A DNA stretch of 64,000 nt. It comes from Emiliania huxleyi CCMP1516. Lineage: Eukaryota. The notes under the pieces were generated by a model, which was not told where the DNA came from, did not search any database, and worked only from the letters and a program-made list of their open reading frames with translations. Positions 48,097 to 59,483 of the stretch are shown one piece after another. Positions within the stretch are counted from its first letter, which is position 1; every line of letters starts with the position of its first letter. The stretch lies in NCBI RefSeq assembly GCF_000372725.1, contig NW_005201327.1, forward strand, positions 77,022 to 141,021, written 5' to 3'. Made by a program: the position numbers and the translations under genes.

Positions 48097-50064
48097 CTAA
48101 GTTCGAGCCCGGCCGTCTCGCTCCGGCCGGTGCTGCTGCGCCGGTGGCGCGCGGCGCGGCCACATGCTGCCGCCGTCCGCCTGGACCACGGAGATGGTGA
48201 CAGTGGCGCTGACGTTGGCGTCGGTCTCGACGATGGCGGTGGTGCCGATGGGTCGGCGGGCGACGTGGCGGACGAAGCTGCTCTCGTCGTCGGTGACGAG
48301 CGTGTAGGAGAGGCGGTCGATCTCCGGCAGCAGCAGCTCGTCGGCAAAGTCGAACGCCCACCGCCGCGCGCCGACGAGGTGGAGCGTCCTCGACGCGCGC
48401 GTCGCCTTGAGGCGCGGAGGCTGCAGCGCCGGCCACGCCGCGTCCTGCACGCTGCTCGCCGAGTCGTCGATGAGTGTGCGCCGGCCGCCAACGAACGAGC
48501 CGCTGAGCTTCACCGACGCGTAGCCGCCCGTGCTCTTTGCGGCGAAGAGATTGTCGCGGATGATCACGTTGTCGAGCGACGCCCCGCCGTCGCCCTCGGC
48601 CTGCTCCGCGCCCTCCGCCGCCGCGCGCAGCTCGACGTGCGCGTTGAGGAAGAAGGAGGACTCGACCGTGAGGCTCGAAGGCGCGTGCACGATCAGGTGG
48701 TTGAAGTCCAGGTAGCAGCTGCGCAGCCGCGTCTGCGGAGAGAGGTCTGAGGTCAAGTAAACTTCTACTTCACACACCGTAAGTGGGTGGTGAGGCAGGG
48801 GCCGGGCAGCCCTCGCATCTCCACACACCCGGACAGGCAGGAGCAGGCCCGGCATTCAAAGTGCGAGGCCCGGTGCACGTGGGTGAGCAACCTGCGGAGA
48901 GAAGACGGAGCCGCCGACGACGATGCCGCCCGCGAGCGCCTGCGCGCGCGCCAGACAACGCGTCAGACAACGCGGTAGGGCGGGGAGCGCGCGACCGCGG
49001 ACGCGGCAGCCCGCACATTATTCCACACGTGCACTCCGCTCAGCGTGTTGCAGCAGCCGTCGACCGTCACGCCCGTCTGCGTGTACGCGAACACGATGAC
49101 GTCGGAAAGCACGTTGTCGATCGAGTCGACGACAACGCCCACCGACGTCGAGTTGAGCCTCGCGACGATCACCGACGGCAGCAGCGCCTCCGACCAGAAG
49201 TACTCCGCCGCCCACACCTGCGTTATGAGCCCCTCGTGCCCGCCCGCCAGGCGCAGGCCGAAGCGGCGGAAGCCATAGAAAAAGGCGTCGGCCACGGTGG
49301 CGCCCATCGTGCACGCCACGAGCAGGCCGCCCGCAGCGACGTGCGCCGCGTCAAAGTAGACCTCCCGCACGTTGACAAACTAGAGAGGAGTCAACTCTAC
49401 TGGTCCAGAGGGCACCGCCGTTCATGGCTACGAATGGTTAGTCTGGCACCTCATTGCAGCTCTTCTGGCCATCGGGGAGCCCGCGCGCGTCGAACGGATG
49501 GCAGTCGACACTGCCAACGGTGAGGAGCACACCGTTGCGGGGGAACGACGAGGAGGCGCGCAGCGTGCCGCGCATGATGTAGAAGTTCCCAAAGAAGGCT
49601 GGGACGAGAAGCGGCTGCGAAATGAGGAACTCGCCCTCGAGCTCCAGCGTCGCGCCGCCGAGGTCTGTGATGTTTGATGCCAGTTTCGAGGCGGCAGGTT
49701 TGAGACTACCCACCGACAGGAGCGCGACCAACGCTGCCTGCAGCGCTCTCGTCGAGTCGAGCCTGCCTGTTGGGTCCGCTCCAAAGTCCACCGGTCGAAA
49801 GTTGCGACCCGATCTTGGCTGAAGAAGCGTTGGCGCGTGAGAGGAGCGCACGCCTGGCACCGGCGCCACGGCGAGCGCCGTCGCGTGGAGTCGCTGCGCC
49901 GCGATGAGTGTGGTCGGAGGCCTGTGGGCTGCAAGCGCCACTGCTGAGGCAGAGGTGTGCGACGCGACGCTCGGCAGGAAGAGGGTGTAGCAAAACACGA
50001 GCCACAAATTAAAGAGAGCCGATGGGGCGGCCTCGTCAGAGAGGGGCCGCGGCCACATGAACAT
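48097..50064 (-). CDS. Pectate_lyase_3 superfamily beta-helix protein (QRT3-like), multi-exon
   Basis: FRPVDFGADPTGRLDSTRALQAAL, ITDLGGATLELEGEFLISQPL, GTLRAS, GHEGLI, TRLRSCYLDF. Confidence 0.75.
48733..48891 (-). mobile_element. Family A element forming an entire GT-AG intron
   Basis: Flanked by the 11-bp repeat TCTCTCCGCAG (minus strand); removal gives GSVFSPQ|TRLRSCY. Confidence 0.75.
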
Positions 50065-50306
50065 GAGCAGAGTGGGCTGCGAAGGGCGAAGGCGGCGGCG
50101 AACAAGCGCTCCAAAACCACTGAAGTGCAAGAAAAAAAATAAAAGCTCGGGGGCAATCTCCGCTGGTCCTGCCCCCGTGCCGCCGGGTGCAACTTTGTCC
50201 TATACATGCGCTCCCCGCTCCCGTTCCCCTGTGTCCCTGATCGTCCTTACAAGATCCTGCTCGCGCAGGTGGGGACCCTGTCGCTTCTCCCAGCTCCCAC
50301 CCCTTG

Positions 50307-50382
50307 AGACGCGAGGGTTGCCCCCCCTTGCCCCACCACCTCGTGTGTGTGGAGAAGTTTACCTTACCTTACCTTACCTTAC
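50307..50382 (+). mobile_element. 5'-truncated family A copy with a 13-bp TSD, nested in a family B repeat (50168-50426)
   Basis: CTCCCACCCCTTG at 50294-50306 and 50383-50395; clean (ACCTT)n tail. Confidence 0.85.
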
Positions 50383-50439
50383 CTCCCACCCCTTGTTTGG
50401 TGTGTCCGTTTTATTTATTTATTTATGGTCCTGTTTTCT

Positions 50440-51807
50440 TCAGTGTATGTAGCTCTTGTCATCGCCTTCCACCGTGAGTAATACCGGCACGCCGGCCGCA
50501 TATGGCGGGCTCGTCTTCGCGTCCTCGCCGTCCGCATCGGGATCGCAGAACATGAACAAAGGCACGCCGCGCCGCGTCGCCATCGCGAGCACCGACTGCG
50601 TCGCGTCGCCATACGCCTCGCCCACGCTGCGCCCCTTGGCGAGGGCGGCGAAGAAGGCGCGCGCGAGCGTGCGCGACGCCGCGTCGGCCGCCTTGGTCCG
50701 CCAGCAGACGACGTGCGGCACGCCGCGCTGCCGGAGCTGCGCGCCGAGGCTGGCCGTGTCGCAGCCGTTGAGGAAGACGAGCTGCAGGCCGTGCGAGGCG
50801 AGCATGGCCGCGAGCGTCGTCGGCAGCGTCAGCTCGAGCTGCCCCGTCGCCGTGTTGGTGAAGCCGAGCGTGACGGTGCGGCTCGCCTCGCGCGCCTCGC
50901 TCGCGTCCTTCGCCGCCTCGCTCGCGGCCGCCGGCGCGGCGGCGGCGGCGGCGGCGGCGGATCGCACGGGCGGCAGCCGCACGTCGCCATGGCCCGAAAA
51001 GAGGAAGTACTTGTACGCGCCGTGGCCGTCGAGCAGCTCCTGCTTGAGGTCCGTCGGCGAGCCGCCGCGCCGGATGCGCGCCGTCACCTCGTTGGCCACG
51101 TCGATCGCCTCGTCCTTGGCGTGTGGCAGATGCAGGCTCTGCTGCGTCGGGCTGCAGACGAAGATAAGCGCCTCGCGCGGCGCGCCGCCGCCGCTGGTCG
51201 CGCACGAGGCGACGCTCGTCGCGTCGCTCGCCTGACGCGACACGTCGGCGCCGCTCGGCGGCGCGCCGCTCGGCGGCGCGTCGCCACCGAGCGAGAGGCG
51301 GCCGAGGGTGGCGGCCGCGTCGAGCAGCTCCGAGTCGCACACGTGCGCGTCGGCGAGGCACGCGGCGCCGGCGTCCTTGTGCGCGCGCAGAGCCGCGTAC
51401 AGCTGCTTCGCATCCGCGGCGGTCATGAAGAGGACCTTCGTGCCTCGCCGCAGCGCGCCGCGGTGGTATGCATCGAGCAGCTCGACATCGGCGGGCGGCG
51501 CCTTTTGCTGGTGCTCGACGTTCGAGCCGAGCATGAATTTGAGGCACGGCTCGCCGGCACTCGCCGAGTGCGTCACCTCGATGCGCGTCAGCTCGCCCAT
51601 GGGCCACTGCAATTCATGCTTCTTGCGCTTTTTGAGGAGCAGCCGCCCGCTCTCGAAGTTGAGCTCAAGCTTGCAGCCGCGGGGCAGCGTGACCTCGTCC
51701 TTGTTGGGCGAGTCCTCATCCTTGTCGCCGGGGGAGAGACGCGTCGGCGTGACGGAGATCTTGTCGGGCGAGGGCGTTGAGGGCGTTGAGGAGCCCGAGG
51801 CGGGCAT
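50440..51807 (-). CDS. CHAT-domain (caspase-clan) protein
   Basis: YFLFSGHG and LVFLNGCDT His/Cys motifs, GVPHVVCW, FFAALAKG.SV.EA. Confidence 0.8.
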   Translation of the reverse strand: MPASGSSTPSTPSPDKISVTPTRLSPGDKDEDSPNKDEVTLPRGCKLELNFESGRLLLKKRKKHELQWPMGELTRIEVTHSASAGEPCLKFMLGSNVEHQQKAPPADVELLDAYHRGALRRGTKVLFMTAADAKQLYAALRAHKDAGAACLADAHVCDSELLDAAATLGRLSLGGDAPPSGAPPSGADVSRQASDATSVASCATSGGGAPREALIFVCSPTQQSLHLPHAKDEAIDVANEVTARIRRGGSPTDLKQELLDGHGAYKYFLFSGHGDVRLPPVRSAAAAAAAAPAAASEAAKDASEAREASRTVTLGFTNTATGQLELTLPTTLAAMLASHGLQLVFLNGCDTASLGAQLRQRGVPHVVCWRTKAADAASRTLARAFFAALAKGRSVGEAYGDATQSVLAMATRRGVPLFMFCDPDADGEDAKTSPPYAAGVPVLLTVEGDDKSYIH

Positions 51808-51841
51808 GAATCCTCGGTGCAAGGCGCGACACTTTCACACC

Positions 51842-51992
51842 TAAGGTACTCGAGTAAGCCTAGATTTCTCCACACACACAAAGTGGTGGGGCAAGGGGGG
51901 GCGACCCTCGCATCTCCACGCCCGGACACGGGCAGGAGCCCCACGGCATTCAAAGTGCAAGCACTGGCCCGGTGCACGTGGGTGAGCAGCCT
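51842..51992 (-). mobile_element. Family A copy upstream of the CHAT ORF (possible 5' intron)
   Basis: Near-identical to 370-480 in reverse; ends in ...TACCTTAG. Confidence 0.75.
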
Positions 51993-52350
51993 GCCCCTCC
52001 CTCCCGACAAACCAACTCCCGCACACACACAATCGCACTCTGGCCATCGAATGACTCCGAATGACTCACTGTGTGTGCTAAGACAGAATCTCCGCAGACA
52101 GCCAAAACGGGCCCTGCCGCGTTGTTGGTGCCTTCTCAAGTACTAGCAAGCATCCGGGCTTTCACGTGTTCTGTGCTGCCTGGTGACTCACCTCACACCT
52201 GCACGCCCGTGCGGCGCGCCAAGGCGAGGCCGGCGCCTTGCACCCGGCCCGCGGCCGGCTCCGCCTCGCCCCACCACTGACCGCTCTGCGGCTTCTGCGC
52301 GCAGGCATCACCACAACAGAAGTACGTACATGCCGGCCCCGATCGAGGTG

Positions 52351-52731
52351 TAGAGCTGTTTAACGTTGGGAGCTGAACAGTGTTGCTAGTGTTAACAGTA
52401 ACAACAGAACAACAGTGGGGCTCCCCAACAACAGTAGCTAACGTTATGCCGGCTGAACAACAATAAGGAAGGCCTGGCAGTGACCCACGACGTTCTCCAG
52501 CGTCCAGTGCGGGTAATACCCGAAAATACCCGGAAAAGCGGAAAACCCCAGGTATTTTCGGGTTTTACCCGGGTTTTTTGGCATTTTCTGCTTGCTGACC
52601 GCTGAACAACAGTAACAACAGTAACAAACAGTAACAGCATGAGCTGGGGTGAACACTTTGAACAACGTTGAGGATTTCAGCCAACACTAGCGCAACTGTT
52701 AGGCCCAAAGTTAATGTTAAACAGCGCTCTA
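52351..52731. mobile_element. hAT-like MITE
   Basis: TIR TAGAGC..TGTTTAAC / GTTAAACAGCGCTCTA; 8-bp TSD TCGAGGTG at 52343-52350 and 52732-52739; internal AACAG repeats. Confidence 0.85.
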
Positions 52732-52993
52732 TCGAGGTGCAACTGCGGCATCCGGCACAACGCACAAGCTGACGCTGCGCCGCACGACCCGGAGAGGTGT
52801 CCGGAGGGGAGTAAGGTGTATGCACACGCGCGTTTCAGCTGTAGTCTCCGCGCATTTATTGAGACGCCACATCGACACGCTAAACACAGCTCGAAAGGTA
52901 TGCGGCGGTAAACAGGATATTCATGGGACGGCGGACGTTGCGCCCACATTTTTTTGGGCAGTGATCGCGTGGTGGAGCGCGTGTGTCGTCGCG

Positions 52994-53356
52994 CTAAAGC
53001 AGCCTCCCAAACACCGAGGGGCTAGCCGTGTTCGGGTCCACAAACTTGACCAGCTCCACTATGAGCCCGAACGCGAGAGAAAAGAGCACGGACGCGATGA
53101 GGCCACCAGTCGGCGTCTGCACGTTGATGTCGAGACCGAATAGGCTGGTGGGCATGTCGCCGCGGCTGTTTGCGATGGTGGTGTCACCTGGCACGCGTGG
53201 TGGCGTGCGTGGCATAGCATCGCTCGGCTCCTCCACCGACGGCGGCGGCTCCTGCATCACGAGCCTGAGCCGCGTCTGCGTGGAGATCGGCCGAAGCGAG
53301 GCACAGCTGACGGCAGCCGCCGGAGCAGCGCAGAGCACGGCGATCAGCGCTCGCAT
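52994..53356 (-). CDS. Small membrane protein with a signal/transit-like N-terminus
   Basis: MRALIAVLCAAPAAAVSC... and a C-terminal hydrophobic helix GGLIASVLFSLAFGLIVELV. Confidence 0.5.
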   Translation of the reverse strand: MRALIAVLCAAPAAAVSCASLRPISTQTRLRLVMQEPPPSVEEPSDAMPRTPPRVPGDTTIANSRGDMPTSLFGLDINVQTPTGGLIASVLFSLAFGLIVELVKFVDPNTASPSVFGRLL

Positions 53357-54869
53357 TAGGTCGAGGGAGTGCAAGAACAAAGAGGCCAGGGAGCGAGCTG
53401 TTTCCCCTCCCAACTCGTGTGCGCAGCGCGCAAAGAAAAAAAACCCATCGAAGTGCTCCAAGTGATATGCGGTTGCTAACTGCACTCCAAGTGCTCCAAG
53501 TGCTCCAAAACGACTGCTGCGCGGTCATCTCTTCCCCTATCGTGCCATGCATCCGGCCCGCTGGTGCGCTCCATACACCATAGCAGCTCCATTGATAGCT
53601 CCCCGGCCCTGGTGCCTGGATTCCACGGCTGGATGTGTCATGTTAGGGTGCCCACGGGGCCCAAAAAAAGAAAGGAAAAAAGAAATGGGCCACCCCAGAT
53701 CGCAGCACTTCGTGTTGGAGAGTCGAGATATTGAGAGTGTGACTAGGAGGGAGGGACGCTGGGGATTCTCAAAGGTATACCCTTGGAATGGCCGGATCCA
53801 GCCTTAAAAGTACGAGATCGCGCGCGCTTCGCGCACAGCACCGCCTGTTCTCCGCGGCTGTGTGACGCGCGCGTGCCGTGTACCAGCAGAGTTGGGCGCG
53901 CGCGGCGCGACGGCGCCCGCGAGGGAAGGCGCGGGTGCAGCGGCCGGCGGCGGCCGTACCGCCCGCCAGCCGGCGCAGCAGCGGCCAGCGCAGCGGCCGC
54001 CGGCGCAGCAGCCAGAGCAGCCGGTGCGCGCCTTGCGAGGCGAGTACTGCCGTCCGGCAGCCTTGAGGCGGCCGGGCGGCAGTACTCGTTCGAACTTTGC
54101 GAGCCGTGCGCGCGCCGAGGCGCCCGCGGCGCGCGCCCGCCCGGCTGCCAGTAGGAGGCGGCGCAATATGGCCTATAGTACAGCCCTTGAGGAGAAGGAA
54201 GAGGCTGGCTGGCAGTGCTGTATGCCGCCGAGGGGCAGTTTTGGGGTGCTGTCCCCATCCCACGGGGCTGCAGAAGGCGTCCGCAGCCGGGACAACCCGC
54301 CCCCCCAGCCGAGGCCGGTCGAAGCCCACTTGCAAGCAGCCATGAGGAGTCCTCTTGGTGCTCCTGGCGGCCGTTGGAATGGCGAGCGCGCGCCGATGGG
54401 GGGGGGCGGGGGGTCTTGCTTGCTCCACACCGAGCGCCATCGGTCCGGACCGGTGCTTGCACCGAGGGGTGGCTTGCACAAGGTCTGAGCCGCGGGCGCT
54501 CGGCGCCAAGTGCAGTGTCACGCTCGCGCTGGAGCGGGACACAATGGGGAACCCTCGTTTCCTAGTCACTCGGTCCCGCAACGGAAGAGGCCTCGCTCCT
54601 ATTGGAACACTCCAACATCAGATTTGCCGCGTGCGTCCCTTTTTGAGGCGGAAAGCTGTGTTTCTTTTGGGTCCTGTGGGCACCCTAGTCATGTGAGGAG
54701 TGAGGTTGCCAACTGCAGTCTGCACACTGCACTCCGAAGTGCTCCAAAATTTCCCCCCTGCGCGACCTTGACCCTCCCCCTCTTTTCCATGCCGCCACTA
54801 CTGGCCAGCGGTGCCGTGAGCGGCGACAGGTCCCCACGCCCACCCGACAAGCCCCACGGCGCCGTCCGC

Positions 54870-55892
54870 TCACCACCGCGGGAATTCCCACTGCGTCTCG
54901 CCCGTCTGCTCGTTAAAGAAGTACGTGTCTCCGCTCGCTGGGTCGACGTCCGCGAACCAGCCGGCAGGCAGCGCGGAGCCCGGCTGCGACGCGCCCTCAG
55001 CCACGCACATGAGGACAGCCGCGTCGGGGTCCTGCGCGTCCAGGCTCACCATGTCGCCGTCCTCGAGGTCGTGCCTCTGGCCTGCGGTGTGGATGCGCCG
55101 ACTACAGAGTGTGACTACAGCTCCGGAGAGTGTACTCGTGTGAACACACGGGCTGCGAATACAATGAATACCGCTGAACACGGCCCGGAATACAGCGGAG
55201 TACGTGTCCTCTCCCTGGCGATCGGTTTCAGCTTCTGAAGGCCTCAGCCTCTGAGGAGCGCGTTCCACGAGGCGCCTAACGGGGTCGCGGCCGCTTAGGT
55301 ATGGCCGAGATAGGCCGAGACATGGCCGAGATATGGCCGAGGTATAGGCGAGATATAAAGGCGCGATCTGGCCGAGGAGTAGCCGAGAGTTAGCCGAGAG
55401 ATAAGGCAGCACGCCTGTCCGCGACCGCCACAGAGTGGGCGGCTTGCCGCAGCTGAGTAGACTGGCGGTGCCGTCGCCGAGCACGCTCACCGTGCACTGC
55501 TCTCGAGACACGTGCAGCTTCTGGACCTCCATGTTCCACCGGCTCAGCACGAGCTCCTCGCCGCTCTGCACAAAGTATGGCAGGTCGCGGTAACGGTCGA
55601 GGTGGGTGAAGCCGTCCGGGTGCGTGAAGCCGCTGACACCGGCGACGCCTCGCACACTCCAGGTCACCTGCGCGCTCTGGCCTTGCTGCGCCCACTGAGG
55701 CGGCTCCCACTGGCACTCGCCCGTCTGGTCGCTGCAGAAATACGGCGTACCGTCGAAATCAAAGCTGGTCGTCCAGCCGGCGGGCTGGCCTTGCGTGTAG
55801 CCCTGCTGCTGCGCAACGAGCAATCGCGAACGGCTGAGCGTCGGCGGCCGCAGCACAGCCGCCACGATGCTTGGCAAGAGTGAGCCGATCAT
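54870..55892 (-). CDS. WW - FHA-like - WW protein, multi-exon
   Basis: WW domains AGWTT...PYF...TGECQWEPP and LPAGWF...DTYFFNEQTGETQWEFP; FHA-like HVSREQC...LEDGDMVSL. Confidence 0.7.
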   Translation of the reverse strand: MIGSLLPSIVAAVLRPPTLSRSRLLVAQQQGYTQGQPAGWTTSFDFDGTPYFCSDQTGECQWEPPQWAQQGQSAQVTWSVRGVAGVSGFTHPDGFTHLDRYRDLPYFVQSGEELVLSRWNMEVQKLHVSREQCTVSVLGDGTASLLSCGKPPTLWRSRTGVLPYLSANSRLLLGQIAPLYLAYTSAISRPCLGLSRPYLSGRDPVRRLVERAPQRLRPSEAETDRQGEDTYSAVFRAVFSGIHCIRSPCVHTSTLSGAVVTLCSRRIHTAGQRHDLEDGDMVSLDAQDPDAAVLMCVAEGASQPGSALPAGWFADVDPASGDTYFFNEQTGETQWEFPRW

Positions 55893-56034
55893 GATCCGTC
55901 GAGGTTGGAGAAACGGGAGGCAGATAAGGGCCTCGCCGCCGCCGCAGGAGGTGGAGTGTTGAACGCTGGCGCGGGCGAGATTGCTCGCGGCGGCGAGGGT
56001 CGTGGCGTGCTGTGCTTCGGTTTTGAAAAGAAAA

Positions 56035-56901
56035 TCACGCCGCTTCTTCTCTTGCGCCAGCGACGGCCGCCGCAGCACCAGCAGCAGCCCCAGCAGTGCC
56101 GGCCCCCGCGATGCGGCTTTGCAGCGCCGTGTGGGCCGCGACTGCTCTCACGTGATCGCCTCCCAGCCGGAAGCAGGCAAGGAAGGCCTCTTTGTCCGGC
56201 CCGGCCGGGGGAAGCGTGGGCTTGCCGTGTTCGCTCATCCCCGCGGCGCGGGAGAAAATGCTCAGCGCGTAGCGCGGCTCCCACGCCACGTCAGCCTTTT
56301 GTTGAGCTGGCCCGAGCAGGTCTCTCAGCATCTCGGCATATGAATTCATGAATTTCGAGGCGCAGTCGAAGCACGTGAACATCCTCCCGATCCGTGGTGA
56401 CTGCTTGTCGCTGTACTTGCCTGCATCGCCTTCTGCCCGGCTGCGCTTGATCACCTTTGCCTCCACGCAGCGAGGGGCCGATGGGTTGTCACTGGTGCCA
56501 TAGTCCTTCAACCGCCCATCGAGCTCGCTAGCCGGCATCGCCATCTTCGTGACCAGCAGGCGGCCCTTCGAGGCATCGCCGCATGTCCGGCACTTCGCCG
56601 AGCATGCCGAGCCTGCATACTGGAACGCACACTGCGGGTGATACGCCCCCTCAATAGCAAGCGCGTCTCCCCTGCCGTCAGTCTGCCTGTACCAAGTGTT
56701 GGCACTCGTCCAAGTTGAGAGCTTGGGAACGAAACGGCGCACAATCCTAACATCGTCGGGCCGAAAGGGCAGGCTGCACCACAGGCAGATGCTATTGTCG
56801 CTCCCGCCCGGGTCCACACGAACCAGCTCGTCCGCTGTCCAACCCGCAGGCGCAAGCTGAGGCGCGGGCGCGGGCGCGGGCGACGGCGCGGGCGACGACA
56901 T
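56035..56901 (-). CDS. Hypothetical protein with a PARP-type zinc-finger-like pattern
   Basis: CLWC...DVRI...AYHPQC and SAKCRTC...TCFDC. Confidence 0.45.
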   Translation of the reverse strand: MSSPAPSPAPAPAPQLAPAGWTADELVRVDPGGSDNSICLWCSLPFRPDDVRIVRRFVPKLSTWTSANTWYRQTDGRGDALAIEGAYHPQCAFQYAGSACSAKCRTCGDASKGRLLVTKMAMPASELDGRLKDYGTSDNPSAPRCVEAKVIKRSRAEGDAGKYSDKQSPRIGRMFTCFDCASKFMNSYAEMLRDLLGPAQQKADVAWEPRYALSIFSRAAGMSEHGKPTLPPAGPDKEAFLACFRLGGDHVRAVAAHTALQSRIAGAGTAGAAAGAAAAVAGAREEAA

Positions 56902-56997
56902 ATACGTGTTGGGTCGAAGAGGCGGAGGCGGAGGCCGACGCGGCTGGGCGGCAACGCGAAAGCACGCGCGCCGGACTCGGCACTCTGCAGGTATGGG

Positions 56998-57411
56998 CAG
57001 GTGCGTATTCTTTTTGCTTGGGGCGGACAGAATGCTGAATTCTGGAAAAACCTGACCGGCCCCTGCTGTGCCCCTACCTACCTACCTACCTACCTACCTA
57101 CCCTACTTATGGGAAACTAAAAAAGAAATCACGGTATCGGTGAAGGTGGGGTGCTATTCCAACTAAAGTGATGGCTGGTGGTACTCTCCTGCAATCACAG
57201 TCCTTCCTGTGACATGGCAGGCCACTATCAAGCCCTACAAGCACCAGATCACCCACTTGGGGAGGGTTGACGTCGTGATTTTCGCCGAAAATTTCTTTTT
57301 TTGCTGTGAAAATTCCGGCGTGAAGAGAGGGGAAAACCCGACGGGAGCGCCCAGACCTACCCTACCTACCCCGGCATGCTGTCCGCCCCAAGCAAAAAGA
57401 ATACACACCTG
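56998..57411. mobile_element. MITE with ~40-bp TIRs
   Basis: CAGGTG(C/T)GTATTCTTTTTGCTTGGGGCGGACAG inverted at both ends; GTATGGG duplicated on both flanks. Confidence 0.8.
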
Positions 57412-57593
57412 GTATGGGACCAGTTTTGTCGACATACCGGCTGGCATCCGTGGCGTGGGGCTCGCCTTCGAAAAGTCGGGCATGGCTCTCCCCGCAACTT
57501 TCTCGCTAACACGCGCGCACCACCGAGACTGTGGTGGGCGCGCTGCGGTCGCACGTCTACCTCCGTCTTCATAGTGCCACGACGTGCGGCCTA

Positions 57594-57686
57594 GATTTAG
57601 CACACGCCCCTCTGGTCGCATACACTCATACAATAGTTCTGAACTATTGTATGAGTGTATGCGAGCAGAGGCGCGTGTCCTAAATC
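57594..57686. repeat. Hairpin with 46-bp arms and a 1-nt centre
   Basis: ...CGCATACACTCATACAATAGTTC-T-GAACTATTGTATGAGTGTATGCG... Confidence 0.9.
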
Positions 57687-58275
57687 AGAGATAGGGCTAG
57701 CAGTAGGCAGCTAGCCTGTGAGGAGGGCGTCCATAGACACCTCACTAGACCTCACACACGGTCTCGTCCGTGCCTCGCCGGCCGGAGAGATTGCTAGAGG
57801 TGGAGCAAGCCTGCTCTAACCTAGAGCCTCTACAACAAACTCTACACCACTACAGCAAAATCGCGCTCTACATCGCTCTACATCTGCATCGCTCTGTCCC
57901 GCGCCGAATGTAGAGCTCTACAGCTCTACAGCGCTCCAGAGCGCTCTACATCTCTACAGCTCTACAGCGCTCTACACTCTACATCCTCTACACCCTCCCT
58001 CCCTCAGAGCTCGTGGCGATCGTCGATCCGCGAGCTGCCAAGCTTGTCACAGGCCGGCACTGGATCGAGGACGAATGGCGCCGCGCGGCTGGAGGCAACG
58101 GAGAAAGGCATTGTGGAGCGGCGAGGCGTTAGGAATGTCGAGGCACGGAAAAATCCGACCAACCTGCAAAATCAAGTATTCGTGGGATCCTGAATCTCCG
58201 GCACTTCCTGATGCCGCGGCCTTTCGCGCGTTCCACCAGCCAGTTGCTGGCCCCCCGGGCTGGACTGCTACAAGT

Positions 58276-59483
58276 ATGCTTACCGACATCAGCCTGCTGC
58301 GACACGAGCGCCGCGGTGCGGCTGCGGCGCTGAGTGCGCTGAGTCTCCTCCTCGCCACGGGGTGCGTCCTCCTCCTCCTCTGCCGGCCGCCGCCCACGGC
58401 AGTCGCGGCGCAATCACCGTCGGTGCACAACCGCGCGAAAAAAGATAGCCCACTCCTCTTCTTTGCGATGGGCGACTGGGGAGGTGGGAGCCGGTCCATG
58501 CCCACGACGCGCTCCCAGCTAGCCAACGGCGACGGCATGGCGACAGTTGCCAGCTGGATGGGCGTCACGCCCGCTTTCGTGATGGCTGTCGGAGACAACT
58601 TTTATGAGTGTGGCGTCACCGACGTGGAGTCGCGCCGCTTTGCCTCGACCTTCGAGGCGGCCTTCAGCCAGCCGGCGCTGCAGGTCCCTTGGTACGCCAT
58701 CGCAGGCAACCACGACCACTGCGGCAACGTCTCGGCGCAGCTGGCCTACGCAGCCCAGCGGCGCGGGACGGCGCGCTGGCGATATCCACACTTGTGGTAC
58801 ACGTTCACCGAGCGCGCGCCGTCGGGCGCGACCGTCCAGATCGTCTACATCGACACGGTGGTGCTGGCGGGGATGCCTCAGGAGGAGGGGGAGCCGGGCG
58901 TCGTGGCCGAGCAGTACGCGCCTCACCCGGCGCAGCGGCTCGGCCCGGATCAGCTCGCGTGGCTCGACGCCACACTCGCGTCCTCGACGGCCGACTACCT
59001 GTGGGTCAGCGGTCACTACCCCGTCTTCTCGCCCTGCCAGCACGGCCCGACGCCCGCGCTGCTGAGGGACGTGCTGCCGCTGCTGCGGAGGCATGGCGCC
59101 GCGGGGTTCATCGCGGGGCACGACCACTGTTCGGCGCACTACGAGCAGCACGGGATGGCGTTTGTCCTCTCCGGCGCGGGTCGGGAGTGCTGCTACCACC
59201 CGCGCCACCTCGCCTCGCCCCTCAACCCGGGCCCGCCGCACTTTCGAATGGACCGAGAGCGGCACTATGGCGCGATTGGCGGCTTCGCGTCGTTCAGCGT
59301 CGGAGCCGGCGCCACCACGCTGCGCTATCACTCCGACAACGGCGCACGCAGCTCCCCGGCTCATTCGTCAACACGCCTCATCCCCCCCCTCTCTCTCACG
59401 CCGCGCTCCCTCGCTTAGGCACGGTGCTCTACACCGCCGAGCCCATCCTGCCGCGTCGCCCGGAAGCTGGCACAGAAAGGTGA
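58276..59483 (+). CDS. Purple acid phosphatase (ACP5/TRAP-like metallophosphoesterase)
   Basis: GDWG, GDNFY, GNHD, GHYP, GHDH motifs; N-terminal hydrophobic anchor; GC-AG intron 59342-59418. Confidence 0.92.
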
